Shown here: in pieces, positions 13,787-30,165 of the stretch
How the letters are laid out: each line of letters begins with the position of its first letter
Position numbering within the stretch: position 1 is the stretch's first letter
Source of the DNA: the human T2T-CHM13v2.0 reference genome, Homo sapiens
Direction: 5' to 3' (one strand)
DNA: 64,000 bases
Assembly (NCBI RefSeq): GCF_009914755.1
Contig: NC_060926.1
The notes under the pieces: model-generated
Told to the model about the DNA's origin: nothing
The model's input: the letters and a program-made list of their open reading frames with translations, nothing else
The model's database searches: none
Program-made: the position numbers and the translations under genes

Positions 13787-14084
13787 TTTTTATTTTTGAG
13801 ACAGGATCATCTCACTTTGTCACCCAGGCTGGAATGCAGTGGCACAATCTCAGTTCACTGCAGCCTCAACTTCACAGGCTCAAGTGATCCTTTCACCTCA
13901 GCCCCCAAAAAGTAGCTGGGACTACAGGCAGGCGCCACCAGGCCTGGCTAATTTTTCTATTTTTAGTAGAGACGGGGTTTCACCATGCTGCCGAGGCTCA
14001 TATTACACTCCTGGACTCAAGTGGTACACCCTCCTCGGTCTCCTGAAGTGCTGAGATTACAAGTGTGAGCCGCTGCACCCGGCC
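13787..14084 (-). mobile_element. Alu (AluJ-like)
   Basis: Diverged reverse Alu with TSD tgtgcg(c/t)atctttta at 13772-13786 / 14086-14100. Confidence 0.92.
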
Positions 14085-14929
14085 ATGTGCGTATCTTTTA
14101 AATATACGTAAGTTATTTATGTCTAGATAGCCATCTGCTTCTTAGAATATGCTTAATGTATTTGCACATCATTTTAAGCCTACCAATGGTGCTTTGTGAG
14201 TATGTATTGTGCACATATGTACATAAATATATATTTCATGTGGAATATATAGTTCATATATGCATATTACATCATGAATTTGTTTATAATAGCTGTTCCA
14301 TGTCTTATGCATGAAATCTCCAAGTAAAGGGCATCTAAATTCAGTACAATTAGAAGTAGAATAAACTGTTGCAAATAAGATCTTTGAAAATGTCCTCTGA
14401 TAGACTTCTGTGGCTGCTTCTCAGGGGAATATACCCAGGATGTGATGGTCAGGACGTAAAGTATACACATAATAATTTTCCCTAAGTACTAAGAAAATAA
14501 TCTCCAAAGGAGTCTGCATCCTTGAAGTAAAACATGAACATGCCCATATCCTCACATTGTCACTAATGTTTGGCGTAATCCAAATTTCTAAAGTTAATAA
14601 ACAAATATAAAGTGTTATTTTGTGTCACTTATTAGGTCACTAATATTTCTGAGTTGCTGTTCACATATTTCTAACCCATTAAAGTTTCCTCTACTTTGAA
14701 TTACCTCTTCATATTGTGTTCAGAGTCTGCATTTCCCAAGTTTTTTCTAGGTAATATAAGAGTACCTTAAAAAGGTATTATTACTGTTGTAGAAGGAGTA
14801 TTATGTGTGTCAAAGGATCCTAGTTTCTTTTTAATATTTATTGAATATTAAATAATAAATATTTAATATTTATTAAATCCCATTTTCCCTTAGAACGCCA
14901 CACAGTCAGCTGAGAACATTATCATTTAC

Positions 14930-15300
14930 GTAAACACTACGTTTCTTAGCCTCCCTTGGAGGTCATTGCGACCATGGAACTAAATTTGGGAAAGTGAGAT
15001 GAAGGCACGATTATTTGCCTGTGACTTCCAGGGTCTTTCCTTACAGGAGGGTATCTTTTGTCCTTTCTACTCCTCTTTCATTACTGCAGCTTGGATGCAC
15101 TTACATTTCCTGGAGCTCCAGCAGCTCTATGTGACTATTAGTAAATGAGACATGCCCTAAGTAAAGCTGGGGGAGTGTGGAGTCCCAGTGGCTCATGAGG
15201 CACAGCTGCCACACCAAACCCGGATGGCCAAGCCTCTGTCTAATTTTGTGTGAGCAAGAAGTATACTAACTTGTTTAGGTGACTGCTATTTGGGAGCTCT
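14930..15300. mobile_element. Possible old ERVL/MaLR LTR remnant
   Basis: ttcttagcctcccttgg...ccatggaactaaatt and gctccagcagctctatgtgac resemble LTR16/LTR33/MLT1 motifs; weak match. Confidence 0.35.
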
Positions 15301-16130
15301 TCTGCCACCTTCAATTGAGCCTCTTTTTTCACAAAATTATTGTTTATTCAATAAGAACACATTTATCTTGAAATACTTTGTTTTTTTTTAAACTTTTATT
15401 TTAAATTCAGGGGTACATGTGCAGGATGTGCAGGTTTGTTACATAGGTAAACGTGTCATAGGAGTTTTTTGTACATATTATTTCATCACCCAGGTATTAA
15501 ACCTAGTATCCATTAGTTATTTTTCCTGATGCTCTCCCTCCTCACCCTCCATCCTCTGGTAGGCCCCAGTGTGCATTGTTCCTTTCTTTGCGTCCATATG
15601 TTCTCATCATTTAGCTCCCACTTATAAGTAAGAACATTTGGTATAATATTTGGATTTCTGTTCCTGCATTACTTTGCTAAGGATAGTGGCCTCCAGCTCC
15701 ATCCATGTCCCTGCAAAGGTCGTGATCTTATTCTTACTTTTTATAACTGCATAGTGTTTCGTGGTGTATATATACCACATTTTCTTTATCCAGTCTATCA
15801 CTGATGGGCATTTAGATTGATTCCACATCTGTGCTATTGTGAATAGTGCTGCAATGGACGTATGCATGCATGTGTCTTTATAATAGAATGATTTACATTC
15901 CTTTGGTTATATACCCAGTAGTAAGATTGCTTGGGTGAATGTTATTTATTTCTCTAGGTCTTTGAGGAATCATCACACTGTTTTCCACAATGGTTGAACT
16001 AATTTATATTCCCATCAACAGTATAAAAGTGCTCCTTTTTCTCCATAACCTTGCCAGCACCTGTTATTTTTGGACTTTTTAATAATCGCCATTCTGACTG
16101 GTGTGAGACTGCATGTATGTCTTCTTTTGA

Positions 16131-16578
<448 letters not shown>

Positions 16579-17556
16579 TAGTTTGCAAAACTTTTCTCTC
16601 ATTCTTTAGGTTGTCCGTTTACTCTGCTGTTAGTTTCTTTTGCTGTGCAGAAGCTCTTTAGTTTAATTGGATCCCATTTGTCAATTTTGGCTTTCGTTGC
16701 AATTGCTTTTGGCATCTTTGTCATGAAATCTTTGCCCATGTCTATGTTCCGAGTGGTATTGCCTAGGCTTTCTTCTAGGATTTTTATAGTCTGGGGTTTT
16801 ACATTTAGGTCTTTAATTCATCTTGAGCTGATTTTTATATAAGGTGTGGGGCTGGAGTCCAGTTTCAATTTGCACATATGGCTAGCCAGCTTTCCCAGCA
16901 CCATTTATTAGAGAATCCTTTCTCCATTGCTTGTTTTTGTCGGGTTTGTGAAATATCAGATTGCTGTAGGGGTGTAGTCTTATTTCTGGGTTCTCTATTC
17001 TGTTCCATTGGTCTATGTGTCTTTTCTTGCACCAGTGCCATGCTGCTTTGGTTACTGTAGACCTGTAGTATAGTTTGAAGTTGAAGAGCATGATGCCTCC
17101 AGATTTTTCTTTTTGCTGAGAATTGCCTTGGCTCTTCAGGCTCTCTTTGGGTTCCACATGAATTTTAAAATATTTTTTTTTCTATTTCTGTGAAGAACTT
17201 CCATGGTAGTTTAATGGGAATAGCATTGGATCAATAAATTATTTTGGGCAGTATGGCCGTTTTCATAATATTGATTCTTCCTATACATGAGCATGGAATG
17301 TTTTTCCATTTGTATCCTCTCTGATTCCTTTGAGCAGTGGTTTGTTGTTCTCTTTGTAAAGGTCCTTCACTTCACTTGTAACCTGAATTACTAGGTACCT
17401 TATTCTTCTTGTAGCAATTGTGAGTGGGAGCTCACTCATGATCTGGCTCTCAGCTTGATTGTTGTTGGTGTATAGAAATGCTATAACAATTTTTGCACAT
17501 TAATTTTGTAACTTGAGACTTTGCTGAAGTTGCTTATCAGCTTAAGAAACTTTGGG

Positions 17557-17915
<359 letters not shown>

Positions 17916-17918
17916 TCA

Positions 17919-18017
<99 letters not shown>

Positions 18018-18916
18018 TCAAGGGGAATGCTTCCAGCTTTGGCCCATTCAGTATGATATTGGCTGTGGGTTTGTCATATATGGCTCTGATTATTTTGAGG
18101 TACGTTCCTTCAATACATAGTTTATTGAGAGTTTTTAACATGAAGGTTGTTAAATTTTATCAAAGCCTTTTCTGCATCTATTGACATAATCCTGTGGCTT
18201 TTGTCTTTAGTTCTGTTTATGTGATGAATCACATTTATTGATTTGTGTATGTTGAACCAACCTTGCATCCCAGGGATGAAGCCTACTTGATCACGGTGGA
18301 TAAGCTTTTTGATGTGCTGCTGGATTCGGTTTGCCAATATTTTATTGAGGATTTTTGCATCAATGTTCATCAAGCATATTGGCCTGAAGTTTTCTTTTTT
18401 TTGTTGTATCTGTGCCTGGTTTTTGGTATCAGGATGATGTTGGCCTCATACAATGTTAGGAAGGAGTCCCTCCTTTTCAATTGTTTTGGAATATTTTCAG
18501 CAGGAATGGTACCAGCTCTTCTTTGTACATTTGGTAGAATTGAGCTGTGAATCTGTGTGGTACTGGGCTTTTTTTTTTTTTTTTTCTGGTTGGTAGGCTA
18601 TTTATTATTGCCTCAATTTCAGAACTCATTATTGGTCTATTCAGGGATTCGATGATTCAATCTTGGAAGGGTGTATGTGTCCAGGAATTTATCCATTTCT
18701 TCTAGATTTTCTAGTTTATGTGCATAGAGATGTTTATAATATTCTCAGATGGTTGTATTTCTGTGGGGTCAGTGGTAATATCACCCTTATTATTTCTGAT
18801 TGTGTTTATTTGAATCTTCTCTCTTTTCTTCCTTATTAGTCTAGCTAGTGGTCAATCTATTTTATTACTTTTTTTCAAGAAACCAGCTCCTCGATTCATT
18901 GATCTTTTGAATGTTT

Positions 18917-18917
<1 letters not shown>

Positions 18918-18954
<37 letters not shown>
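18918..18954. repeat. (GT)n microsatellite
   Basis: Direct reading. Confidence 0.95.
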
Positions 18955-18958
<4 letters not shown>

Positions 18959-20502
18959 ATCTTCTTCAGTTCAACTCTTATTTTGGTTGATTCCTGTCTT
19001 CTAGATTTGAGGTTTGTTTGCTCTTGGTTCTCCAGTTCTTTTAGTTGTGATGTTAGGTTGTTAACTTGAGATTTTTCTAGCTTTTGAATAAGGTCATTTA
19101 GAGGTATAATTTCCCTCTTAACATTGCCTCAACTGTGTCCCAGAGATTCTGGTACATTGTCTCTTTGTTCTCATCGGTTTCAAAGAACTTCTTGATTTCT
19201 GCCTTAATTTCATTATTTAGCCAGGAGTCATTCAGGAGCAGGCTGTTCAATTTCCATGTAGTTGTGGGACACTTCTGAGCTTCATGAGCTCTTGTAAAGT
19301 TGGTCTGGTGGTAACAAATTTTCTCAGCATTTGCTTGTCTGAAAAGGAGCTTATTTCTCCTTTGCTTATGAAGCTTAGTTTGGCTGGATATGAAACTCTG
19401 GCCTGGAGTTTATTTTCACACATTCACTCATCACTTCCCTGCGCAGGCGAAGGGGTTCCCCTTGGCTCTTTGTCGCTTCTGGGTGGGCTGTCACCCTGCC
19501 CGGCTTTTTTCCATTCTCCATGGGTGGAGCTGTTTTCCTGATCAGTTCCAATGTGAGTACTTGGATATTTCAGTTGAAGGTGCTGTGTTTACTCATCCCT
19601 CTCATTCTTTTCTGTGAGAGCCATGCACCATAGCTGCTTCTAGTTGGCCTTCTTGGCCCCCTTCTGGCTGAGCCTAATTCTGTGTAATAGAGGTTGTACA
19701 TAGATATGCCCTAGAAACACAGATTATAGAGAAGGATCATACAATATGATCATACAATATGATCCTTACATATGCACATACACGTGTAATATGGCTTTGC
19801 ATGTGTCATGCATCAGTCAAAATTATTCTGTTTTTTACTTCAGGGTATTTTGACTATAGTGTTTCATATGTGTTTCTATTTTTCTCTGTATCACCATTTT
19901 AGATCATTGAATGGACTGCTGGGCTAGACCTGGAAAATTCTTCTGCCAAGTGTACTATATGTCTAGGTTCATGTCACTGTGTGATATCGGTGTCCTTGTG
20001 ACAACTGTAGGGGGATATAAGAGCAACAGTGAAATAAAGTCATCTCTCACAGCTGGCATGTATATTCCTATAAATTTATGTGAACAGGAAAATAGACACA
20101 AATTGGAACCATGGAATTCAAAAAACGGTCTCTTAAATGAAGTCACAGAAACTACTTGGAAATTTAATTTAAAATGTTGAACTCTGTCCTCAATTGTATG
20201 CACCTCTGCACAACAGGTCTATCTTGTGGAAGGGCAAGGTATTTCTTCTCACATTTTTTTTCCTTCTGTCTTCTAAAGAGCTTCATGTGAAAGCAGAAGA
20301 CTCATGAGAAGACATCTAGAGACTAGCCCTAAAGTGCTTTTCTCCACAGGAATGTCACCCAGGCACTACATCCAGGAGTCTCAGGTGCCACTGGGTTCCC
20401 ATCCTCAGTGAGGCAGAGCTGGGAGAAGGCACGCAGCATTCAAATTTCCTTCAAGTCACTTGCTTAAGGTATACATTGAAGGTTCAAACTAAATTTGAAA
20501 TC

Positions 20503-22739
<2,237 letters not shown>

Positions 22740-23669
22740 TAACAGAAGCATTCAGAACTACATGTCAAGCCCAAGTCACTTTTAGATATTTGAGAATGTG
22801 TACAAACCATATGGGTGTACTTTCCCCAAAAGTGTGTTTTTTGCAGTAGTGGTTAGGAGTATTCTTTTGTGAGATGGTATTTTTCTTAAGCAACCACCAT
22901 TTAGATTCTTAGTTCTCTTAACTTTTAGGTTAACAACTCAATACATCTTCCAAGTGTCCTCGTATACTTTTTCCGGTTTGACTATTAGTTTAGGTGGTGC
23001 CTATGGCCCATTTAAACTCGGAGACTCTGAGGCTCTGATGTGTATCCATCTGGTTAGAGTATGTATGAGTAAAGCCAAGGTCAGTCAATGACTTGACCTC
23101 ACTACCTTTTCCAAAATTTCTAGTTCTAACATTGGCTAGCAATTTTGAATGCTTGTCAGACAAATACCTCAGAGTCCTTGCCCTGCTAATGCAGTCATTA
23201 TTAAGAGTGAAAATTACATTGTGTTGCCTTATTTAATGATGTAATGCTGAGTAAGCATTTATAGAGCACCTATTCTGGGAAAGATTAAAAATATACAAAG
23301 TGATAATAAATGGTCTCGTCTTAAGAAGCTTAAGAGGAAATATGACATATTAACAAGTTGCCATGAATTAAGGCATCATATAATAATACAATAAGAGAGT
23401 ATAAACTATTTTAATAAACATGTTCTACAAAATGGAGCATTTGGATCCTGAAAGGGGGCTAGAATTTAAAAGTATGAGTTGAGAGAGAAAGCATTCCAGT
23501 CAGAGGTACCAGCAGAAAAAGTAGCTCTGAGACAGGCATTGGAATTATCAAATATATTTTTCTTCAGATTTTATGAAAGTATGCTTATCCATGAATGCTG
23601 AAGTGCTTATCTATGTCAACATTTTGTTAAAGAGTTACTCAAGCTCAGAAAATATAGGGAAATTTTATT

Positions 23670-24650
23670 TATATTTTCTCAGAAAATATATTTATTTAAT
23701 TTAATTTTCTCAGAAAATATATTTATTTCTATATTTTCTCAGAAAATATATTTATTTCTATATTTTCTCAGAAAATATATTTATTTCTATATTTTCTCAG
23801 AAAATATATTTATTTCTATATTTTCTCAGAAAATATATTTATTTCTATATTTTCTCAGAAAATATATTTATTTCTATATTTTCTCAGAAAATATATTTAT
23901 TTCTATATTTTCTCAGAAAATATATTTATTTCTATATTTTCTCAGAAAATATATTTATTTCTATATTTTCTCAGAAAATATATTTATTTCTATATTTTCT
24001 CAGAAAATATATTTATTTCTATATTTTCTCAGAAAATATATTTATTTCTATATTTTCTCAGAAAATATATTTATTTCTATATTTTCTCAGAAAATATATT
24101 TATTTCTATATTTTCTCAGAAAATATATTTATTTCTATATTTTCTCAGAAAATATATTTATTTCTATATTTTCTCAGAAAATATATTTATTTCTATATTT
24201 TCTCAGAAAATATATTTATTTCTATATTTTCTCAGAAAATATATTTATTTCTATATTTTCTCAGAAAATATATTTATTTCTATATTTTCTCAGAAAATAT
24301 ATTTATTTCTATATTTTCTCAGAAAATATATTTATTTCTATATTTTCTCAGAAAATATATTTATTTCTATATTTTCTCAGAAAATATATTTATTTCTATA
24401 TTTTCTCAGAAAATATATTTATTTCTATATTTTCTCAGAAAATATATTTATTTCTATATTTTCTCAGAAAATATATTTATTTCTATATTTTCTCAGAAAA
24501 TATATTTATTTCTATATTTTCTCAGAAAATATATTTATTTCTATATTTTCTCAGAAAATATATTTATTTCTATATTTTCTCAGAAAATATATTTATTTCT
24601 ATATTTTCTCAGAAAATATATTTATTTCTATATTTTCTCAGAAAATATAG
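23670..24650. repeat. 29-bp AT-rich minisatellite (TTTTCTCAGAAAATATATTTATTTCTATA)n, 33 copies in exact register plus 1
   Basis: The core C recurs at 23711 + 29k up to 24639, with an extra core at 23680. Confidence 0.98.
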
Positions 24651-25543
24651 AAAATATAGGGAATTTTTAGTTTATATTCTTTGATTTTACCATGAATCTG
24701 AATTTCTGTTATTTAATTGTTTAAATAGTTACTATAATTTTTGTGTTAAAGATAACACATTATAGAATATCTAATTTACTTATCACCTTCAGGAAAATCA
24801 AATAAGCATTTGTGAAGTGTCAACTATTTTCTCTGCAGTGGTGCTTTTCAAACTACCCAGAGTGAAAGACTTTTATTTTTTGTAAAATGTAAAATATTGT
24901 GGCAATGTCAGATTGCTATAAAAGGTTTTCAAATCTGTACTTCCAGGTACTTCAAAATTAGTTTGCAGATTAGTACCAGTGGTCTTAGTACAATTTGAGT
25001 AGCTACAGTAAGTAAGGAGTTGATACAAAAGAAATACAGCATATTGTCACCATCATTGGTATAAGAATGTTGTGGGGAGGACTAGGCTTACCTATGTAAC
25101 CAGTGGAAAATGCAGCATATGGTACAATTACTAAAGATAAATATAGACATAAAGAAGAGCGATGATAAAACTGTTCTGGATCCCAGTTAAAATCTTTGGG
25201 GTTACTGCTTAACTCTCTGGACTCACAGCCCCGACCCACCATCCCCAATGTGCAGTTTCACTCATGGAAAAAAAGTGTCTAGACCAGCAGCTGAGGATGC
25301 ATTTACTCTATGTTCAGCCCACTCAAAATACAGTTCTGTAATCAGAATACAAAAACAACCACCAACAACAACATCAGCCCAACTTTCTTTACTGTGTTTC
25401 ATTTAATGCTGAAATCAGACAATGATTAGAACATGAAACTTTGTTTGAAAAAGTATATTCAATAAATTTTGTATTTAAAACAGAGCTCTTGACCTATAAA
25501 GTATAAAAAGTAATTACAATGAAATATTCTTCAGTAAATCTGA

Positions 25544-25663
25544 CACTTTGGGATTCCAGGCAAAAGGATCGCTTGGGTGCCAAGAGTTCAAGACCAGCCT
25601 GGTCAACATAGTGAGATTCTATCTCTGAAAAAAAAAAAGAACAAAAAACAAAAGTTAAACAAA
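25544..25663 (+). mobile_element. FLAM / Alu monomer, 5'-truncated
   Basis: Left-monomer sequence plus A tail; 13-bp TSD tcagtaaatctga at 25531-25543 / 25664-25676. Confidence 0.85.
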
Positions 25664-26395
25664 TCAGTAAATCTGAGATGCACTGGTATAATTCACTGGC
25701 TTGCCCAGTTGGTACTCTCTTAGCCGTGGCTATTCCTGATGACTAACTGGCAGTAAAAGCCAGGAAATTATGGAGGTCTACTGAGGAGTCCCCTCTCGAA
25801 GTGAAGTTTTCCCATTATTTACACTTAAGAAAAAATTAATGTGAGATTGGATTTTAAACATCCCCATTAAAAACAGAAGAATGGAGGGAAGAAGGTGGGT
25901 GGGGAGGGAGAGAGAGAGCTGAATAAAACATTTACTTTATCATTTATCTTTTAAAGTCACATGGAATGCCAATTCCAAAATCACTTAATTTTTAGAACCA
26001 CTGCAATCTAAACACTGTCATCAGAAACATGCCAAGTGTTGGTTCTCTGTGGTAGGTCTCCCATCTTACTTATATTTTCACTGTATTAAACTTTACCCTT
26101 GCATGGGTTTACCCTCCAGCCTCTGAGCCTTCATTAACTAGGACCCTATCTACCTGCATGTTTTGCTCTCCACTTTCTTTGCCATTCACTGGCCCCTTCT
26201 TTAGTGTTTGGTCTTCAGGTCGCCACTTTCCCTTTTAGCTAATTCCATTACTCTGATTTTCTCTGTTCCTTTAGCTACCCTATCCTAGAACAACTCTCCC
26301 AGGGATGAAAATGGGGACTTCAGAATTGAGAAATAAAAGGGAAGATGTTATGACAACCTTCCTATCTTATTTTTTGGTAAATCCACTCTTTCCCT

Positions 26396-26445
26396 GTCTC
26401 TATCTCTCTCTCACACACACACACACACACACTCACACACACACA
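26396..26445. repeat. (CT)n(CA)n microsatellite
   Basis: Direct reading. Confidence 0.9.
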
Positions 26446-26924
26446 GAAATTTACAGGGTAAGAGAGATTAGGAAGATAATTTTGGTGGTAGAGTCAAGAA
26501 GAGGTTGAAGAGGTGCTAATATTAAAAGAGAGATTTGAATAAAATGTTTTTAGAATTCATAGGCATTATGATATTCTATTGTAAAATGCTATTGGTTAAA
26601 ATTATCTTTGTATGGGCAAACTGAGTCTCTGTCTCCAGCTGTCTGTGAACAAGCTATTCAGTTCACTAAACCTCAGCACCTCATCTGTGGAATGAGCACC
26701 ATAGTAGCTCCTGTCATAAAGGTTAAATGATTTTGTAAAGGACAGATTACAAAGCATATATAAAGTATTTGATTTTTTGTTATTAAAATACTTATAATGT
26801 CTGTAATATTTTTAAAGTAAAGAGGTATAATGATTTATACTTCTGTTTATTCTAGAAACTGATTCTTAGTTGAGCTCGGAGGTTTTTCAACTTTTCTTTC
26901 AAATATTGAGATAAATAACATTGA

Positions 26925-27205
26925 TCTATCTATTTATCTATCTATCTATTTTGAGATAGGATCCTACTTTGTCACCCAGGCTGAAGTGCAGTGGCCTTTG
27001 TCTTCCAGGCTCAGGTAGGATCCTCCTACCTCATCCTCCCAAATATCTGGGACTACCAGTGTGTGACACCACCCCCAGCTAATGTTTTTGATTTTTTTGT
27101 AGAGATGAGGTCTCACTATGCTGACAAAGCTGGTTTTGAACTCAAGTAGTCCTCGTGTCTTGGCCTCCCAAAATGCTGAGATTACAGGCATAAGCCACTG
27201 TGCCT
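26925..27205 (-). mobile_element. Diverged Alu (AluJ-like) with a (TATC)n-derived tail
   Basis: Reverse Alu motifs gtcacccaggctgaagtgcagtgg ... ggcctcccaaaatgctgagattacaggc. Confidence 0.85.
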
Positions 27206-27291
27206 GTACTTTTATTTTATGTAGATCACCATCCCTTACTGAGTATCACATAACTGTTATTATAAATCTTGAATAAGAGATTACATGTTTT

Positions 27292-27611
<320 letters not shown>

Positions 27612-27874
27612 CTACATATTTCATACAGTATTCCAAAACCAAAAACAACACTATGCTTTGCTTTTCGTTACCATGAATCTATAAGTTATTAAGCTTTCAG
27701 TACTGCAAATATTGTCACATATTAACAGTTTGACTTGAAAATACGTGTAATTTCTACTAAAAATAGAAAAGAAAGGCCTTGTCTTTAGAAGCTTCCAAGG
27801 AACATTATAACAGAAGTTATATTTTCCACAATTTGGGTTCAATTAATCTTATATATTGCAATTGACTTAAATAA

Positions 27875-28135
27875 AATTTTAATTTTTGAACACTTTAAGG
27901 TTTACAGAAACATCGTGAAAATAGTATAATATTCCTGGTAAGTACCCAAACTCTGCTTTCTCTATTACTAAAATTTTATATTAGTGTGGTGCATTCATTA
28001 CAATTAAGGCATCAATATTGTCATATTATTATTATCTAAAGACCATACTTGTTCAGAATTCCTCAGTTTTTATTTAGTTTCCATTTTCTGTTCTAGTGTA
28101 CATCCTAGAATCTTATATTACATTTAGTCATTGTG
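27875..28135 (-). mobile_element. Old L1M 3'-end fragment
   Basis: tttaaggtttacagaaa...aatagtata...cattcattacaattaa...tattacatttagtc resembles L1MC ends. Confidence 0.5.
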
Positions 28136-28314
28136 AGACAGACTCCAGGTCAGTAAGTGCTGAAACAGGGGATGTTAAAAAAGAACCAACATAGATTACA
28201 AAAGGAAGACTCAAAGCTTCCAGAATGATTTTCTTTCTATCTAAAATCATTTTCTATCTTTCATCCTATCAGCACTCATAAATTACACACACTCATAACC
28301 TGCCACAATTTACT

Positions 28315-28692
28315 GGCAGATTGTGAAGCGGGAGCAGGCATGTCACACAGTGAAAGCAGGAACAAGAGAGTGAGGGGGGAGATACCACACACTTTTAAAC
28401 AACCAGATCTTTTGAGAGCTCACCTGCTATCATGAGGAGTACCAAGGAGATAGTACTAAACCATTCATGAGAAATCCACCCTCCTAATCCAGTCACCTCC
28501 CTCCAGACCCCACCTACCACACTGGGGATTACAGTTCAACATGAGATTTGGGTGGGGACACAGATCCAAACTATATCACAGGGGTTTCCCTATGTTGCTT
28601 AGGCTGGTCTCAAACTCCTGGCCTCAGGTGATCTTCCTGCCTCAACCTTCCAACGTGCTGGAATTAGAGGTATCAGCCACCATGCCCAGCCA
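28315..28692 (-). mobile_element. MST-type MaLR LTR (28315-28578) adjoining an Alu left-monomer fragment (28580-28692)
   Basis: ccacacacttttaaacaaccagatct...catgagatttgggtggggacacagatccaaactatatca, then aggctggtctcaaactcctggcctcaggtgatc. Confidence 0.8.
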
Positions 28693-29909
28693 GAAATTTC
28701 TTTCTCAAGGGGCTTTTCATCTCACTGGAAATTTTAGTTTAGGGATCTCCCAACTTACAAAGGGTTTGTGTTCCAAAATTTTGTTTCTAAGTCAGGTAGG
28801 CTCACTTTCCTACAGAAAATGAGAAGAAGCCAGTCCCAAAGCAAGCAATAAAAGCCTGTTGCCTCACAAGTGAACTATGATGTTGCTAAATCCATCAGGA
28901 GTAGTTTTACTTTTGCTCTTTGTTGAATGGGCTACTGTGGGCCTGTGGGGGCACCTAACCACCATTTATCTTATTTCTTTGAAGCAGGTCATGCTGTCAC
29001 GTGTGGTCAAAAGGGAATTAGTGATGATAATGGAGCTTTCTCTGCCTCTCTCCCTCTTGACTGCCAAGGTCCAGGGAAGTTCACATCTCAGTGGTCACGG
29101 GCTGGCCAAGTAGATCCCCACCAGTTGCTGGATAATGCCTGTGAACTACTGGCTAGCATCTATTCTGAAAACCTAGCTTCTGGTTTGCTTGTTTATTCAC
29201 CAGTATCTCACATAATTTTCTTATGACCATCTGGCACCTAATATAGATCCCAAAAGAGTTTAAGAGGATTTACCCTTTAGGCAAAAAATACTGGCAGTGT
29301 TTATAATCCCCTCAAAAAGAGAGAGGGAGAAAAAAAGAAAGAAGAAATGTTTTTAAAGGAAGAGATAGCACCATGTAACTATAAATAACTCTCTATATCA
29401 GACTGAAAATAAATTTTTGTTTTTTCTTTATTTTGGCTCATTTGGTAAGCTAACAAACTGGAAGAAAAGAACCAGTTTTAACTAAACAACTCTAAAAGAT
29501 TTCAGAATTTGAAAACTTAGAGTTATGAATAGATTTGATTCACTTAGCCCCAAAACTATCAAAAGAAGTATATAAAATATTAATAGTCACCAAAACCATT
29601 GAGCTATAGAATTCCAGATATTGAAATTCTAAGGAAATGTTGTTTTAGAATCAAATCATGTACTAGGCTGAAATTAAATCAAATACCATTACTGAGTATT
29701 GTTATTAGGATAAACATCTTTCCATACTTTGGTGAAATTGGAAATACTCTTGCAGAAGTGTTTTCATCTCTCACCCAGAAAAAGTAAATAATGACCTTCT
29801 TCCTTCTTCCACTTAATGTAAAATCCTACATTTACATATATTGTGTCATCCCTTGTTTTGTGATTATTTGCTTACAGATTTTCTCTAGGTGCTCTCTAAG
29901 CAGAGAGAA

Positions 29910-30165
29910 CAGGGTACTGGTTAAGATTGTAGATCTAGGGGATCACTGATCTAGGTCCTATTCCAAATTTGATTCCTCACCTGCTAAGCTTGCAAGTGCA
30001 ACTTATTTAAATTCTCTGAAGGTTAAATGTTTCATCTAAATAGGGATAATAATAAACACCTATAGCATAGAGTTGTTTGAGATTAAATGAGATAATACAT
30101 GTAAAATTATGTGCCTGGCATACAGCAAGATTGTTGTTGTTGTTGATGATGATGATGATGATGAT
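29910..30165 (+). mobile_element. MIR followed by a (GTT)n(GAT)n trinucleotide run
   Basis: tcatctaaatagggataataata...agagttgtttgagattaaatgagataatacatgtaaa...gtgcctggcataca. Confidence 0.8.

Noticed and set aside
14829-14878. Short AT-rich palindromes (aatattaaata...tatttaatatt)
   Set aside because: Arms of 11 bp or less in low-complexity AT sequence are expected by chance and are far shorter than a PATRR.
19735-19775. 13-bp tandem (gatcatacaatat) x2.5, and similar small duplications at about 33900 and 37985
   Set aside because: Ordinary slippage duplications with no further structure.
23670-24650. Palindromic 29-bp repeat as a CRISPR array
   Set aside because: The units are contiguous with no unique spacers, the context is eukaryotic and there are no cas genes.
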